Under the pieces are notes generated by a model. It made no database searches. It saw only the letters and a list, made by a program, of their open reading frames with translations, and was not told the DNA's origin. Shown in pieces: positions 23,961-36,722 of a stretch of DNA of 64,000 nt. This DNA is from Lama glama (Eukaryota), in assembly GCA_028534125.1 (NCBI GenBank), contig CM052816.1:76944001-77008000 (forward strand), written 5' to 3'. Position numbers and translations under genes: made by a program. Within the stretch, counting starts at the first letter, position 1. The number at the start of each line of letters is the position of its first letter.

Positions 23961-25287
23961 GAAAGGTTAGAAAGTAACATTGTAGTAACATTTTTCAGAT
24001 TTCTAACCTGCACTCAGATTGAGTGTCCTAAAAAAAAAAAAAAGAAAAGAAAAGCCAGAAACACTATTAAAAAAAAAATTTAAGTGTCTTGCAGCTGAAG
24101 TGTATTTGTACCCTTTACTTGTTTATTAGATTCTAAGAGGGAAGTCCTTAATTACATTCATAGAAGCCACCTGTCAGACAAGTGATCTGAACTAAAAATA
24201 GTCATATTTCATAGAGGAAAAAAAGAAACATATAAGTAGCAAAGCAAAATGTACAACTAACTTTGTAAATAAATCTAATAGGCCTGATGTATATAACAAT
24301 TAATTGTCTCAGCTTTTAGGCACAGCAGTTCCATTCTTTTACAGAGTTCATTTACATAGTGAATTGTTTCAGAGAGAAATGGAATTTTTCTTATAATGTA
24401 AGATTTCTAATTAGGAGACTATAGAAACCTAATGATTTTACAAACCTCTTTATAAAATATAATAGATTAAGACAGAAATTTTAGCAGAGCATCCAGTAAT
24501 TGTAATCTTTATATAGTAATTGTTTTTAGTTATTTTTGCTGTCTTAGAAAATGTTGTTCTGATCTCAGGCAGTACTTTTCATGCTGTTTTTCTGCAGAAA
24601 AATAACATTAAGATAAATATCATGACAAAGATTTCTTTGAATGACAGCCACTTCTGTAGCCTGGTGAATGGCCTTTGAGTGTTCTTTGTATATACTGTGT
24701 ATATTTCGCACATGTGTACAAAGTAAAAGTGCTTTGTGAATTTGGTTACAGTTCTGTACTACAGTTATCTCATAACTGGTGTTACAATCCCAAACATTCT
24801 ACTGATCTCTAATTTTATTGTGGAAAAGGGAAAGAGATGAACAGCAAGAAAGCACTTCATACTTTTTTTTCCCTACCAAGCAGCTCTTCATTTTCTACCA
24901 CAAATGTCTGAGCCACCTTTAATAGAAAAATTTAAAAGTTCACAATTACTTACCATGTGAAAATAGATACTGATGGGATGATTAGAAGATTATTTGGTAA
25001 GGTAAATAGGCTTTAGTTCTTTATTCAGCTACTTCAACTGGGGAACATGATTTCTAGCACTGCCATGAAAGTCAATATACTCCTTGGAGGGAGAGAGGAA
25101 TAGAGAAGGATCAGGAAGGTGATTTTCTAAAGGTAGATGGCAGGCTCAAAATTCTGCCTTATTTTCCCTCTTTGTAGTTCTAGACATTGTCATTAAAAAT
25201 TTTTATATTTGACTAATTTGAATGAGTCAAGGCAATTAATTATATTAAATATATTTGTTCTTACCTTAGGAAGTGAGATTCCTTTTC

Positions 25288-25452
25288 TTTTTTTTTAATA
25301 ATTTTTGTTTATTTTTTTTATTTTGAGGGGAGGTAATAAGGTTTTTATTTATTTATTTATTTTAATGGAGGTACTGGGAATTGAACCCAGGACCTCCTGA
25401 ATGTTAAGCATGCACTCTATCGCTGAGCTATTTATTACCACTCCCCCCCCCC
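25288..25452 (-). mobile_element. Camelid tRNA-Ala-derived SINE (Vic-1-like), copy 1
   Basis: Antisense ggaggtactgggaattgaacccaggacc (B box) and ctgagcta (A box), T-rich tail; TSD agattccttttc (25276-25287)/agatttcttttc (25454-25465). Confidence 0.85.
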
Positions 25453-26189
25453 AAGATTTCTTTTCAAAGCAATAGAAAGATGTTATGGTTAGGTTTTGGG
25501 AGAGTAATCTTTTTGGTCCTCAGAATTTGAAAAATAGACACATTTAAAGCAGCATTCTCTTTCTTGCTTCTCTTCTGGGTACATCTGTACTATAGCTCTT
25601 GTTACCATAATTAATCATAAAAATAGTACTTCTATTGTAAATTCTTATATTTTAATATCCGCAGTGTGACCTAGGGATTTCATTTGTTGTAAATGCCAGA
25701 TTGTGAAAAGTCAAGTTAACGTGGCAAATTCCTGTTTACTATGGAAGGAGAATGAATGAAGTCTGTGATATCTGTGCTGTAGCCAAAAATTTTTTCATTC
25801 TTGTTTTTTAACTATTTATTGAATTACACCTAGGGAGAAGTGAGTATACTGTAAGTGTATTGCTTAGTGAATTTTCACAGATTGACGCACCTGTGAAACT
25901 GGCATCTAGATCAAGAAACAGAGCTTGGTATATTTTAAAGTTTTTATGTATTTATTTCTGAATAGTGTATTCATTTATTCAGTATATGATTTTTGGGATG
26001 GTTACTGTGTATCAGACATTGTTCTAAGTATTAGGATGACATCACAATGGTGAACCAGAGCTGACTTATGGGATAATAAACATCAAATAATTATACAAAT
26101 AAATGTATAATTACAAACTGGTATGTAAGCTGAAGATACATTCCCCTCTGAAAGACAGTATAGTGAAATATACTTCAGGGTGATTGTAT

Positions 26190-26420
26190 ATTGGGGAATA
26201 AGGTAGACTCTCAAGGCAAATTGCTTAGGTCCAAATCCTGTGTCTGCTTCTGGTATTTATTTGACTTCAGGCAAGTGAACTAATGTCTCTAAAAATCATT
26301 TTCTAACATGGGGATGATAGTAATACTACCTGCCTTATATGGTTGGTGAGGAGATTAAAAGAGATTATTTGTGTAAAGTATTAGCACGATCTGTTGTAGG
26401 CTCTCTGTATGTATTATTAT
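26190..26420 (+). mobile_element. MIR SINE
   Basis: gcttaggtccaaatcctgtgtctgc...gacttcaggcaagtgaactaatgtctct...atggggatgatagtaatactacctgcc. Confidence 0.7.
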
Positions 26421-26577
26421 TTTTGTGTCTGGGTATTATTTCATACTATAATACATTACTTGAAAATAATACAGAAGAATATTTCATAGAATAGATCTTC
26501 TTTCTTCTTCTAAAGTTCAGATCAAATAATCCAAAGGGGTATCAGAATCCAGTTCCAGGAGATGCTAGTAGTCTTTA

Positions 26578-26722
26578 TAACATGTTTCAAATTTCAATGT
26601 GCATAAGAATCACTTGGGTGCCTCTTATAAATGAAGATTATGTGGCTTACTTTATATTGACTCTGGAATCAGTGTTTCTTATAACTCATGTATTTTTTAG
26701 GAACACAGGTTTGAAAACCACT
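26578..26722. mobile_element. MER5-type hAT fragment
   Basis: tcaaatttcaatgtgcataagaatcacttggg...gtttgaaaaccactg. Confidence 0.55.
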
Positions 26723-27277
26723 GGTCTTTGTTTGTGATGCAGGCCAAATAGCCAATTACTTTGTCTCATCATTTTAATGTATAACATGTAAGATGTTTTG
26801 TGTTGTTATTGTTTGTTTTTGATGCATATGCTTACTATAAATCAGAAAAAATTTCCCCTTAATCTACTCTTGCTCTAGGATTCCTTATTAGTAAGTAGTA
26901 TCATACATCAGTTTATCCAGTCGAGAAACCTGAATTCATCCTTGATTTCTCCTTCGCCTTTCCTCCTGCTTGGATTGATTAAGTTTCTTGCATGGAAGAT
27001 TTTTGTAATCTCTATTTAAATTGCCTTTCTTTGCCCCTACAGTCTATTCTCCAAAGTTGTCTTTCTAAAACACAGAGCTGATCATGCCATCCTCTTGTAT
27101 AAATGTCTTAAAAGTTATCCATTGCCCAAAGATGTAAAAATTTCTTAATATACCTTATAAGGCTATTGGAAGACAGCTCCACTTTCCTTTATTCTCTATC
27201 ATCTTGTTTTCTGGGAATATAGAATTTCTTGCTGTTCCTTGAGGTCCTTGAGAAAACACATATTTTTTTCATATTTT

Positions 27278-27490
27278 GGGGGATCGCTGGATCATATGGT
27301 AAGTCTGTTTTTAGTATTAATGCAATCTCGATACTGTTTTCCGTAATGGCTGCACCAAACTACATTCCCGCCAACAGTGTGGAAGTTCCCTCTCCAGCAG
27401 CTATCATATGTGGACTTTTTAATGATGGCCATCCTGACTGGTGTGAGATAATACCTCATTGTACTTTTGGTTTGCATTTCTCTAAGAATT
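27278..27490 (-). mobile_element. Relatively young L1 ORF2 C-terminal internal fragment
   Basis: Minus-strand ORF MQTKSTMRYYLTPVRMAIIKKS...HTVGGNVVWCSHYGKQY matches the L1 ORF2 motif MQIKTTMRYHLTPVRMAIIKKS. Confidence 0.9.
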
Positions 27491-28131
27491 TACAATTCTA
27501 ATTATTAATGTTATGTATTCATACAACTTTTAATAAAAGTTCTGTTCAGATGAATTATTAACTATTTCTAACTAACTTTATTTTTAATGGTTTATACCAG
27601 ATCAATCCTGATCTGTATCTTACAGTTAAATAATGACATGTTTGTAATAAAGCAATTAAAGACATGATTTTTGTTCCTAGAATTTTAAAATGATCCCATC
27701 AGCGAACTGATAGATGTCAGTTGTTCAGTTTATCCAGTCAAAGTTATAAAATGATAAACCTCAATAAGGACCTTTTTGCTTCCTATTAGTATATATATCT
27801 TTTTCCATTGAAATCATTCCATGTGAGCGATCCTTTGGAATTATAACAAAAAAGACTTTTTTTTTTAATAAATTGAGAGAGGAAAGTGTAAAATGAGGTA
27901 ATTTGACAATCCAAAATTGAAGTGGAGGAAAAGAGATCTGAATCCTTGGGTCATTGGAAGACAATCTCACATTGTTACAGAAACTGCCTTACTTCTTCCT
28001 ACAATCGTTATTGTAGGAGCAGGACACTGGAATAAGAACCCAGCTTCCAGTTTCTGGGAAAAGGAGATAGAGAATAGATCTAGTTGTTAGAAAATTTTAC
28101 AAACTGTAGTTGAATTTTAACTATCTATACT

Positions 28132-28262
28132 TATGGTGATCATATCATTTCTAATTCAACCTGAGGTACTTTGGGGAGTGAAAGGAGATGGTATTAATAA
28201 TTACACTGGCACAATAGGTGTAAACTAGAACCCAGGAAGATCAGTTACATGTTCTGTCATAA
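28132..28262. mobile_element. MER94-like (hAT-Blackjack) element
   Basis: tatggtgatcatat...gagtgaaaggagatggtattaataattacactggcacaataggtgtaaac matches the recalled consensus. Confidence 0.65.
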
Positions 28263-28669
28263 CTGCTGTAATAGTGATATGAGGAATATATCATAGGAAT
28301 GTAAAGAAGGGAGCTTGTAGGTTCGGGAAGACCATTACACATCTGAGCAAGACTTCTAAAGAATGGGAAGGATTTCCTCCAAATCGGGTAGAAAGGGCAT
28401 GCCAGGCTGAAGAGACCTAGTGCCATCTTGCTGTCCATGTAGTCTTGCCTCTATATGAGTCATTCGCTCTCAAGAGCTGCTTCATGTCCATCGTTCTTCT
28501 ATAACAGCCCTATAAAAATGTTTTTAGTAATAAGCCTAACATTTAAGAAGATTAGAACTAAATTGATTTACTTGTGGTAATAATTGATAAGTTTTCTTTG
28601 CCCATTTCTGCTGTAGTATTTATATTTAAAATATACCAATGATTAAAAAACATTATCTTCTTCTATAGT

Positions 28670-28935
28670 TACTTGAGAGGAAAAATAATTATTTCTGTAT
28701 GTGAGGGAAGATAATACTTGTTCCACATTCCAGATTGTTACACCAGAACAAATGAGTGAAAATTACAAAGGGACAGATTTTGGCATCAGTATGAGAAAAT
28801 ACTCTACAACTCTATCAAAGATGGAATAGGCTCTCCTAGGAAATTCTGAATTCCTTAGCGTTAGCGGTAAAAAGAAGGCCCTTTTCCCAGGATTCTATCA
28901 TTGGGATAGATCCTTTCCCTACTAAATTATATAAT
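28670..28935 (+). mobile_element. CR1/L3 3' region remnant
   Basis: ccagaacaaatgagtgaaaattacaaagggacagattttggcatcagtatgagaaaa...aaagatggaataggctctcc. Confidence 0.6.
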
Positions 28936-29559
28936 TTTTTGATATTAATAATTGTTAGAATTTCAGGAAATATTAGAGAGTTTGAAGCAGTGCTTCCTGC
29001 TTCCTCAACTTTTGTACCTATGGGTAAGGGTGAGAAGATGTACTCCCAGTGCCTTTGCTGGTGGAGGAGGCAGATTTGCTGCTGGCTTTTGCAAAGGTAA
29101 TACCAACTATAGTTATTTCCATATACTTGTAATCATTTACATCTGCTCACAATAATCATAGATAATATTAAAGACATAATTATATACATAGCAGACATAT
29201 GTATTCATGTTTAATTTTCATTAAATTCTCACGCACCCAGCTTTTCTAGCTTGTTGCTTATTAGCATTTGTTCATATATATTCACAAATAAATCACAGAA
29301 AATATTGTTCAACTCTGCTTTTACTCCTGAATCTTCTGACATTCTCAAGAAGGCAAATAAGATGATAAAAGTTTCTACTTTAAAACTGAGCAAATTTTAG
29401 ATCATAAAGGTAATGTGCTAAAATAAGTAACAAAAATTCATTAATTAAGACCACTAATGTGTGAAACATTTGCTTGGGCTAATCACATAACTTTCACATG
29501 ATCGATCTGTAAAATTTGTTTTTGCTAAACAAATAGTAACCAATTTTAATTATAGTTGC

Positions 29560-29780
29560 TACTATTTTTTGAGTGTCTGATATGGGGTAAGCATTCTGCT
29601 CAAGTAAGTTGCACCTCAATGCCTTGAAGGTGAGGTAGTTAGTATGTTCACTATAGATGTTGGAAAATGGATACCTATGAGATTCAGTGACTTAGCCAAG
29701 GCTACATGGTTTGCAGGTAAATAAGCTAGATTCAAATCCATTTCTTTTTTTTTTTGATTCCAAAATTGTTCTTTCTATTA
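29560..29780 (-). mobile_element. MIR SINE
   Basis: ttgagtgtctgatatgg...gagattcagtgacttagccaaggctacatgg...gattcaaatcca. Confidence 0.55.
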
Positions 29781-30671
29781 CTCCCAAATAAATGTATGCC
29801 AGTAGTTTTTGTTATTAACTTACTATGTGTACTTGAACCTAAATTTATTTAAAGATCTATTTTATGCTATGTATTTATTGACAGGTAAAGATATGAATAT
29901 GATTTATTGCAGCATGTCACAAAGAAGTATACATTGATAACACTTTAAAATAAATACATGTTTACTTACACACACATATACATATGCATGTGTGTCCACA
30001 TGCTCATACATGGAGAATTAAGCTGAAGGGAGAATGAATATATATGTATATGTACATATATACATATGTCTGTAGATTCATAGCTATTTTAGATGAGAAG
30101 GTTTATTGTAGCTTTCTCTTGGTGGTTTTCTCTGTGTGTGTGTGTCTGTCTGTATATCTATGTATACATGTATGTGTTTATATAATATTAAGTTACTAGA
30201 TATTGACTATAGTTATTTCATTACTTCCAGAGAAAGTCATTGGGACCTTGCATAGGATTTATAAGTTACACAATAAGAGGAAAAGAGCAACTCTAGTTCT
30301 AGTAGTTCCTTTGTGTTTTGCTTCCTTGCATTTGAATAGTTGGCCATCATAGCTAGCTACCCACAGTTGTTTTTGTTTTTGTTTTTGTTTTCTTTCTTTC
30401 TTTTTTTCCCTTAATGCAGCTCTGGGTTTCCTAAACTTCAAGGCTTCAGAGACTATCCTAGAAGATTACATCATTTGTGCTTTATACTTCTCACATAGCA
30501 CTATTGACCATAGACAGTTTTGGAGAAGCTAAATCGGAAAAACATTAAGTGAAGAGTAGGAAAAAATAGAGGTGAACCTCTCCTTAAATTTCTTTTGCCA
30601 TCCTCCCCCCAATAAAAAACCACATTGATCTCAGCTTGCTCATGTAGTATGAGTTTTGATTGTGTAGTAAA

Positions 30672-30790
30672 GAAACTGGCAAACTACGGCTCATAAGCCA
30701 GATCTGTTTTATTGAAACATAGTCCCATTTATTTGCTTAATGCATTTTCTATTGCTTTCTTGGTTATAGCAGAAGAGACTCTCCGGCCTT
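30672..30790 (+). mobile_element. MER58A fragment (internally deleted)
   Basis: tggcaaactacggctcataagccagatctgtttttattgaaacatag. Confidence 0.6.
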
Positions 30791-32394
30791 TACCCTGATA
30801 TTTCAAGTTAGAGTTTCCCATAGGAACATTGTAGCACACAAGCATCACACAGTGTTTCTTGTCTAAAATGGCCCTGATACTATTTTTGAATTGGTCTGGG
30901 AAGTAACATAGTTTCTGGGAGGAAGCATGTTCTGTCTTTCAGGAAATATATTACAAAGAAACTTTAAAATTCATTCATATTTCAATTCCAGTTGGGGGTT
31001 CTTGGTAATTATATAAAAAGAGAAAGAGGTGAGGAGGAGAAGGAAGGAGAAGGGCTGATTCATTTTGATTTGGATTGACAGCAATAACCTTTGCACTTAA
31101 TGGTTCATTTTATTCATCACTCCTTGGGCAGATATTTGACCCAATATTGACTTCTCACCACCCGTCAAATTTCATATTGTGTGCATTTGTTGTTGTTGAT
31201 TACCAGTTTTCTTGCACTTGAATGTAAGGTCCACTAAAGAAGGATCTGTCTTGCTCATTGATGTATTCCCAGTATCTAAACCACTATGTGATCATAATAG
31301 GTGTTCACTTAATACTTCTTGAATGAACTGAGACATGAGATTTTATTTTTGTTTTAAAATTCCGGCTTTTCAAAAATATCTGCAGTTTGTCCCTAGAAAA
31401 TAGGCAATAATTAGAAGTCTTCAAGCCTTTGTGAAGAATATGTCTTCAGATTAATCATTGTATTAATATTATCACATCATTGCATTGCAATAACTGTGTC
31501 CTCACTTTAGTGAAACTTTTTGTTTGGTGCCTCACAACCTAATTATAAATTGATGTAAAATGATTAGGTTATATATTTCCATTAGGTGTATTTTGCACTG
31601 ACTTTAAAGGTCCTTAACTCTGGCTTTGCAAACTACTCTAGGTTCTGAAGTACCTTAAAGGTTGTTATGAAATTTTATTAAGTTCTTAAATACAGTTTCC
31701 ATTTTAAAATCACTGGCTTAGTTACAATTTTTCTTCTTCAGTCTCTTCAAACAAATAACATTTATAACAAAAATATATTACTAAATACTAACAGTGATCT
31801 ATTCATGTCCCTGTGACCTTTTAAATGAGCTCTGATCCCACCCAGTGATGAGCTGTTTTCATTCTACATTTAAGATAACCTCAAAGAATCACTGATTATA
31901 AAGACATACCCTAAACCGCTTAAAATTAGATTGAATTTTATTGGAGTTAAAAGAATAATCAAAACTTACGGGAAATGCTGTAAAATCAAATGAATGATCT
32001 CAGTATACAGGAATCTCAAAGTGATTGGAAATAGCTGGGATATGTAGTGTACTTGGTGGTTTGACAATAACCAATTTGTGGTTTTCATGGCTAACACTGA
32101 GTATAACAGAATGGAGGAAGATAAGCAGATGCAACAAGCTAACTAAGACAGTGAATGAATGCATCCAGTTTCATTTGCTGAGGAAAACACTAATTCAAAA
32201 CAAATAGTTCCTTGGTCTTTTGTTAACAGATAAAAATCTCAAAGGAAGTCATAATGGCTCTTCAACTAAAATATCAGAAATGTGATACTATTTTTTTCTT
32301 CTTTAGATTGTGCTTTTGTTTAAAACAAATAGGATGCTGAATATATTAATAGAAAAATAGCTTGTAGCAACCTGAGGAAATTGACACTCTGTTC

Positions 32395-32490
32395 TAGGGG
32401 TTGGCAAACCACCAACCACACGGCCATTTCTGTCTTTGGCCTGTTTTTGTAAAGCAAGTGAGCTAAGAATGTTTTTTACATTTTAAAAGC
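32395..32490 (+). mobile_element. MER58B-like 5' fragment
   Basis: aggggttggcaaac...gcctgtttttgtaaagcaagtgagctaagaatgttttttacatttt. Confidence 0.65.
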
Positions 32491-32494
32491 TCCC

Positions 32495-33930
32495 CCCCCC
32501 CTTCCTTTCAGTATTTTAAAGGTGTTGCTCCACTGTCTTCTCATTTGCTTTGTTTTCTGGGAGAAATTTGTCATCCCTCTCTTTACTCTTCTGTATGTAA
32601 CTTGTCTTTTTTTATCTGGTTGCTTTTAATATTTTTCTCTGCCAGTGGTTTTGAACAATTTAATTATGATGTGTCTTGGTTTGGTTTTCTTCCTGTTTCT
32701 TGTGCTTGGGGTTGGTTGAACTTTTTGGATTTATTGGCTTATTTTCATCAAATTTAGAAAGTTTTCATCTGTTATTTCTTCAGATAATTTTTCTGTCTCC
32801 TATTTTTTTCCCCCCTTCTGAGGACTCCAATTATACATGCTGTAATTGTTTGGCTACTTGAAGTCCTGTAGTTCACTAGTGCTCTTTTCATTTATTTTTT
32901 TCCACCTTATGTTACATTTTGGATAGTTTCTATTGCTTTGTCTTCAAATCCACAATTCTTACTTTCTGTAAAAGCTTATTGTACTGTTATTCCCATTTAG
33001 TAGTTTTCATCTGAGATATTGTAGTTTTCATCTCCAGAAATTTGAGTGCTTTTTCACTTTTCATGTTTCTGTTTTTAAACATACAGACTACAGTTATAAA
33101 AATTGTTTCAATGTCCTTTAATGCGGTTTCTAATATCTGTGTCAGTTCTGGGTCATTTTCAGTTGATTAATTTTTCTGCTCACTATAGGTCATGTTTTCC
33201 TGCTTCTTTGCATGTCTGTTAATTGATTGGATGCTAATGACTGTAAATCTTACCTCATTAGATACTTCCTATTTTTCTGTTCTTATAATTCTTCTTGAGC
33301 TTTGGTCTGAGACACATTTTAGTTAACTTGGAAACAGTTTAATTCTTTTAAGTCTTGCTTTGAAGATTTGTTAGGTGGGATCAAAGAAATTTTATTAGTC
33401 TATATCTGATTGTTCCCCACTACTGAGCCAAGACTTTTCTAAATGCTTTAACCAGTGTCCCATGAACTATAAAGGTTTTCAATATGACTGTTAGGAACAA
33501 GCATGGTTCCCTGTCTTGTGTGAATGCAAGGTACTCTTCCCTTTAATTCTTTTGAGTGGTAATTTCCTCACACACATGCACCAATCATTGCTATACTGAC
33601 TACCTAAGGGGTTGCTTTACAGATGTCCAGTGTTCTCTGGGCAGTGCTTTCTTCTCTAATACTTTTTGTTCTCCTTGGAGTCTTAGCTGTGTCTCTTCAA
33701 CTCAATTTGCCTGGATTTCTCCTCTCAGCACCAAGGCCTTGAAACTCTCTAAAGACAGACAGCTGAGGCAGTCTTGTTTATTTCTCATTTCTAGGGATTA
33801 TTGTTCTTTTCTTCTTAATATCCAGTGTTTTGAGAGCTATAGTTTTATGTATTTTGTTCAGTTTTTTGGTTAATTCAAATAGAACAGTATTTTTGGTGCC
33901 TGTTACTACATTGTGGCCAGAAGTGAAAGT
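32495..33930 (-). mobile_element. Old L1 5'UTR/ORF1 segment (antisense)
   Basis: cctttcagtattttaaaggtgttgctccactgtcttct...ttttcatcaaatttagaaagttttc...ttggatagtttctattgct; T-rich antisense ORF1 pattern. Confidence 0.75.
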
Positions 33931-34224
33931 TGTGCTTGGGGTTGGGGTTGAAATTTAAGATTTAGTGGTTGAATAATTCCAGATGTTGATACACAGTTAG
34001 ACCATAGGTATGAGTGTAGTAGAGATGTGAAGGTCAATGAATGAGTCATACACATGGATGTATAAGTCTCCTAAGTAGATAGATTTGAGGAAATTATTTT
34101 GTATGAGAGAGTAAGATTTTAAACCAAGAGCCAAAGTTGTGAAGCTTTAATACTGCACATTTTATGTGTTTGGTTAGAAAAATACTCTTTTAAAATTATG
34201 TTAAATTATTGTCTTTTATTCTAG

Positions 34225-34322
34225 AGCCTTCTGATAACTTAAGGGAGATTCTCCAAAATGTGGCCAAATTGCAGGGAGTGTCAAATATGAGAAAGCTAGG
34301 CCATCTGAATAACTTTACTAAG
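34225..34322 (+). CDS. RICTOR: RICTOR exon 3 (EPSDNLREILQNVAKLQGVSNMRKLGHLNNFTK)
   Basis: Acceptor ttttattctag|, 98 nt, donor AAG|gtaagt; frame continues from exon 2. Confidence 0.97.
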
Positions 34323-35099
34323 GTAAGTAACTGGGATCTTTATATTAATCATCTTAAATTCTTCATATCTTATTGTACTTATTAGATGCTTCTTAACCAC
34401 ATTAACAAGAAATTTTTGAGTATTCACTCAGTATTAGTGCTTTCCTCTGCTGCTTCTCATGGATTTCGTCATATGTTTTTAAATTTAAAAGTGTATTTGA
34501 ATAATGGAAGTGTTATATATATGTTGTAGAAAATTTGGTAAGTTCAGAAGAAAAGTAAAAGAAAAAACACTGACAAGTCCATAATTCAGTCTATTTTTCA
34601 CATGATAAGTGTTTCTTTTGCCTTTTTATGTTCTTTTTTATGTGATTTTATATGATAAATGTGTTTTTACATAAGTATGTGTGTGTGTGTGTTGCATTTC
34701 ATAGGTATAACTATTATTTCCAGAGAAATATAAATATAGATTTCTAAATACATATATTCTGATATATTAGAGCTTCCTCTCTCTTTCCCCGATACTCTGT
34801 TCCTATTACTTGGATCTCAGTTAGAGCCCAAGGTAAAAGCAGGGGCCATTGTCCCAAATAAATATTAACTTGATCTCTATTAGCAGCTGAGAATTCCTGC
34901 GTTTGATAGATGGATTGGTATGTTTTTGAGCCTGGTAATACTGGACAGCCAACTCTTGGAAGCACTAAAATGTCTATATTTGAGGTGATGCTGTAAACAG
35001 AAACAGAGTGCCTCCTTTGGGAAAAATTTTTTTCTTTTTAGTTTACTAAATATAAATTGTTCTACATTTTAAATGTAGGAATAATTGTATGTTTTAACC

Positions 35100-35266
35100 C
35101 CTTACTACTCAAAGTGTGATCCACAGACCAGCAGCATTGGCGTCATCTTGGGGCTTATTTGAAATATACTATTTTTGGCTCCACCCTGACCTACTGAATC
35201 AGAATCTATATTTTAATAAAGATTCTCAGGTGAATTTGTGTGTACATTAAAGTTTGAGCAGCACTG
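35100..35266 (+). mobile_element. MER5A1 hAT DNA transposon
   Basis: ctactcaaagtgtgatccacagaccagcagcattggc...cctactgaatcagaatct...acattaaagtttgagcagcactg; 8-bp TSD ttttaacc/ttttaatc. Confidence 0.85.
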
Positions 35267-36037
35267 TTTTAATCCTTCCAAAATGTTTAATCTTTACTAT
35301 CTGGTAATTAGACTGTAATTGATTTTATTTTATGGAAATAACAGGGGATAAGAATATAGTCACTATGTAACAAAATGTTTTTGTGATATGGTGTTGTGTA
35401 ATAAATATGAAATAGATTAGTGTTTTTCATAGTTATGGAAGCAAATACATATGCATTTATTTTTTCTTAGTGAAACTTTGAAATATTCTGGCACTTATTT
35501 TTATATAATTAGATGAGGAAATTATTTTGTATGAGGGTTGAGAAAGTGATTTTTTCTAAAACAACTTTCAAAAACGTTGAATAAATGCTTGCGAAGGGGT
35601 TTTCAAAAATATTCCTATGTATGTTTTCATTTTTATGGTTGTAATAAAAATCTTCAGATACCTTTCTTCAGTATACTAGTCAGATAATGTCAAGTTTTTA
35701 AGACCCAGAATGTTCCAGGGTTTCAAATTGCATCTCCTGGTTTCACTCCCTCTATTAAATTTCTCAGTTTTATATCGTTGTTCTTCACTCAACTCTAATA
35801 ATAATATGTCTTACCACTTGCCTGGATTTAACTGTTAAAAACAATTAATAGAGGTTTATGTCCTGTTTGAACTGATGGTTCTTGTCACAGTCAGATAGAC
35901 ACCTAGATGTATAGCTCCACATCTCTTGACAGCTGAAATCCTGAAAGTTGGGAATGAATGTAAGAATGGCTATGATTTCTTTTATTTCACTTTGGCACCA
36001 GAATGGGTCCTAAAGCAATAATCTTAAAAATCTAGAG

Positions 36038-36354
36038 CAGTGCTGTCCAGTAGAATATAATGTGAGCCACACAACGTAATTTTAAATTTTCTAGTAGCCA
36101 CACTAAAAAAGTAAAAGGCAACATGTGAGACTGTTTTTAGTAATGTATTTTTGTTAATCCAGTATATCCAAATCATTATCATTTTATGTAATTAGTATAA
36201 AATATTTAATGGGATATTTAATATTTTTTATACTAAATCTTTGAAATCAAGTGTATATATTATGGTTATTATACATCTCAATTCAGATTAGCCATATTTC
36301 CAGTGCTCATAGCCACCTGTGACTAGTAACTACCAACCGTAATGGGCAGGGCAC
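36038..36354 (+). mobile_element. MER33 hAT DNA transposon
   Basis: cagtgctgtccagtagaatataatgtgagccac...ttttctagtagccacac...tagccatatttccagtgctcatagccacctgtgactagt; near full length. Confidence 0.85.
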
Positions 36355-36414
36355 ATATAGGACTTTTTGGAATAGGAGTGATTCAAACATCTATTTCTGG
36401 GAATCTTTTGGACA

Positions 36415-36722
36415 CCTTTCTTTTTCCCTTCTCTATTCTCCGTTTATTTCTATCTAGATCCCATCTCTCTTGGATTAGGGCCAGTTGCCCACTCTCCCTT
36501 TCCCCTCCTCTATTTGTTTCTTCTTGAACTTTTCCCATAGTGTTTCACTAAGTTGTTCCCTTGATTTGTGCTCTCCCAGTCTCTTCTCCCCTTTCTCCTT
36601 CCCTCTAACTCTCTCCTTCTCCCCTTTTACCTCCTTTTCCTCTTCATCTCCTCTCTCTTCAGCCTTCCCTACCTCCTTCCCTCATTCCTCCTTCCTCCCC
36701 TGTTCCCTGGCTCCTTCCCTCT
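36415..36722. repeat. CT-rich low-complexity (polypyrimidine) tract
   Basis: Nearly purine-free stretch, strongest at 36580-36722. Confidence 0.8.

Noticed and set aside
29860..29890. Candidate recursive splice site (...tttattgacag|gtaaag) in the 30.6-kb intron 2
   Set aside because: The pyrimidine tract is weak and the donor imperfect; such words are expected by chance in 30 kb. Saw-tooth total RNA-seq would be needed to reconsider.
29965..30185. Quasi-palindromic TA/TG/CA-rich stretches resembling hairpins
   Set aside because: Degenerate microsatellite sequence; self-complementarity is trivial and there are no miRNA/snoRNA hallmarks.
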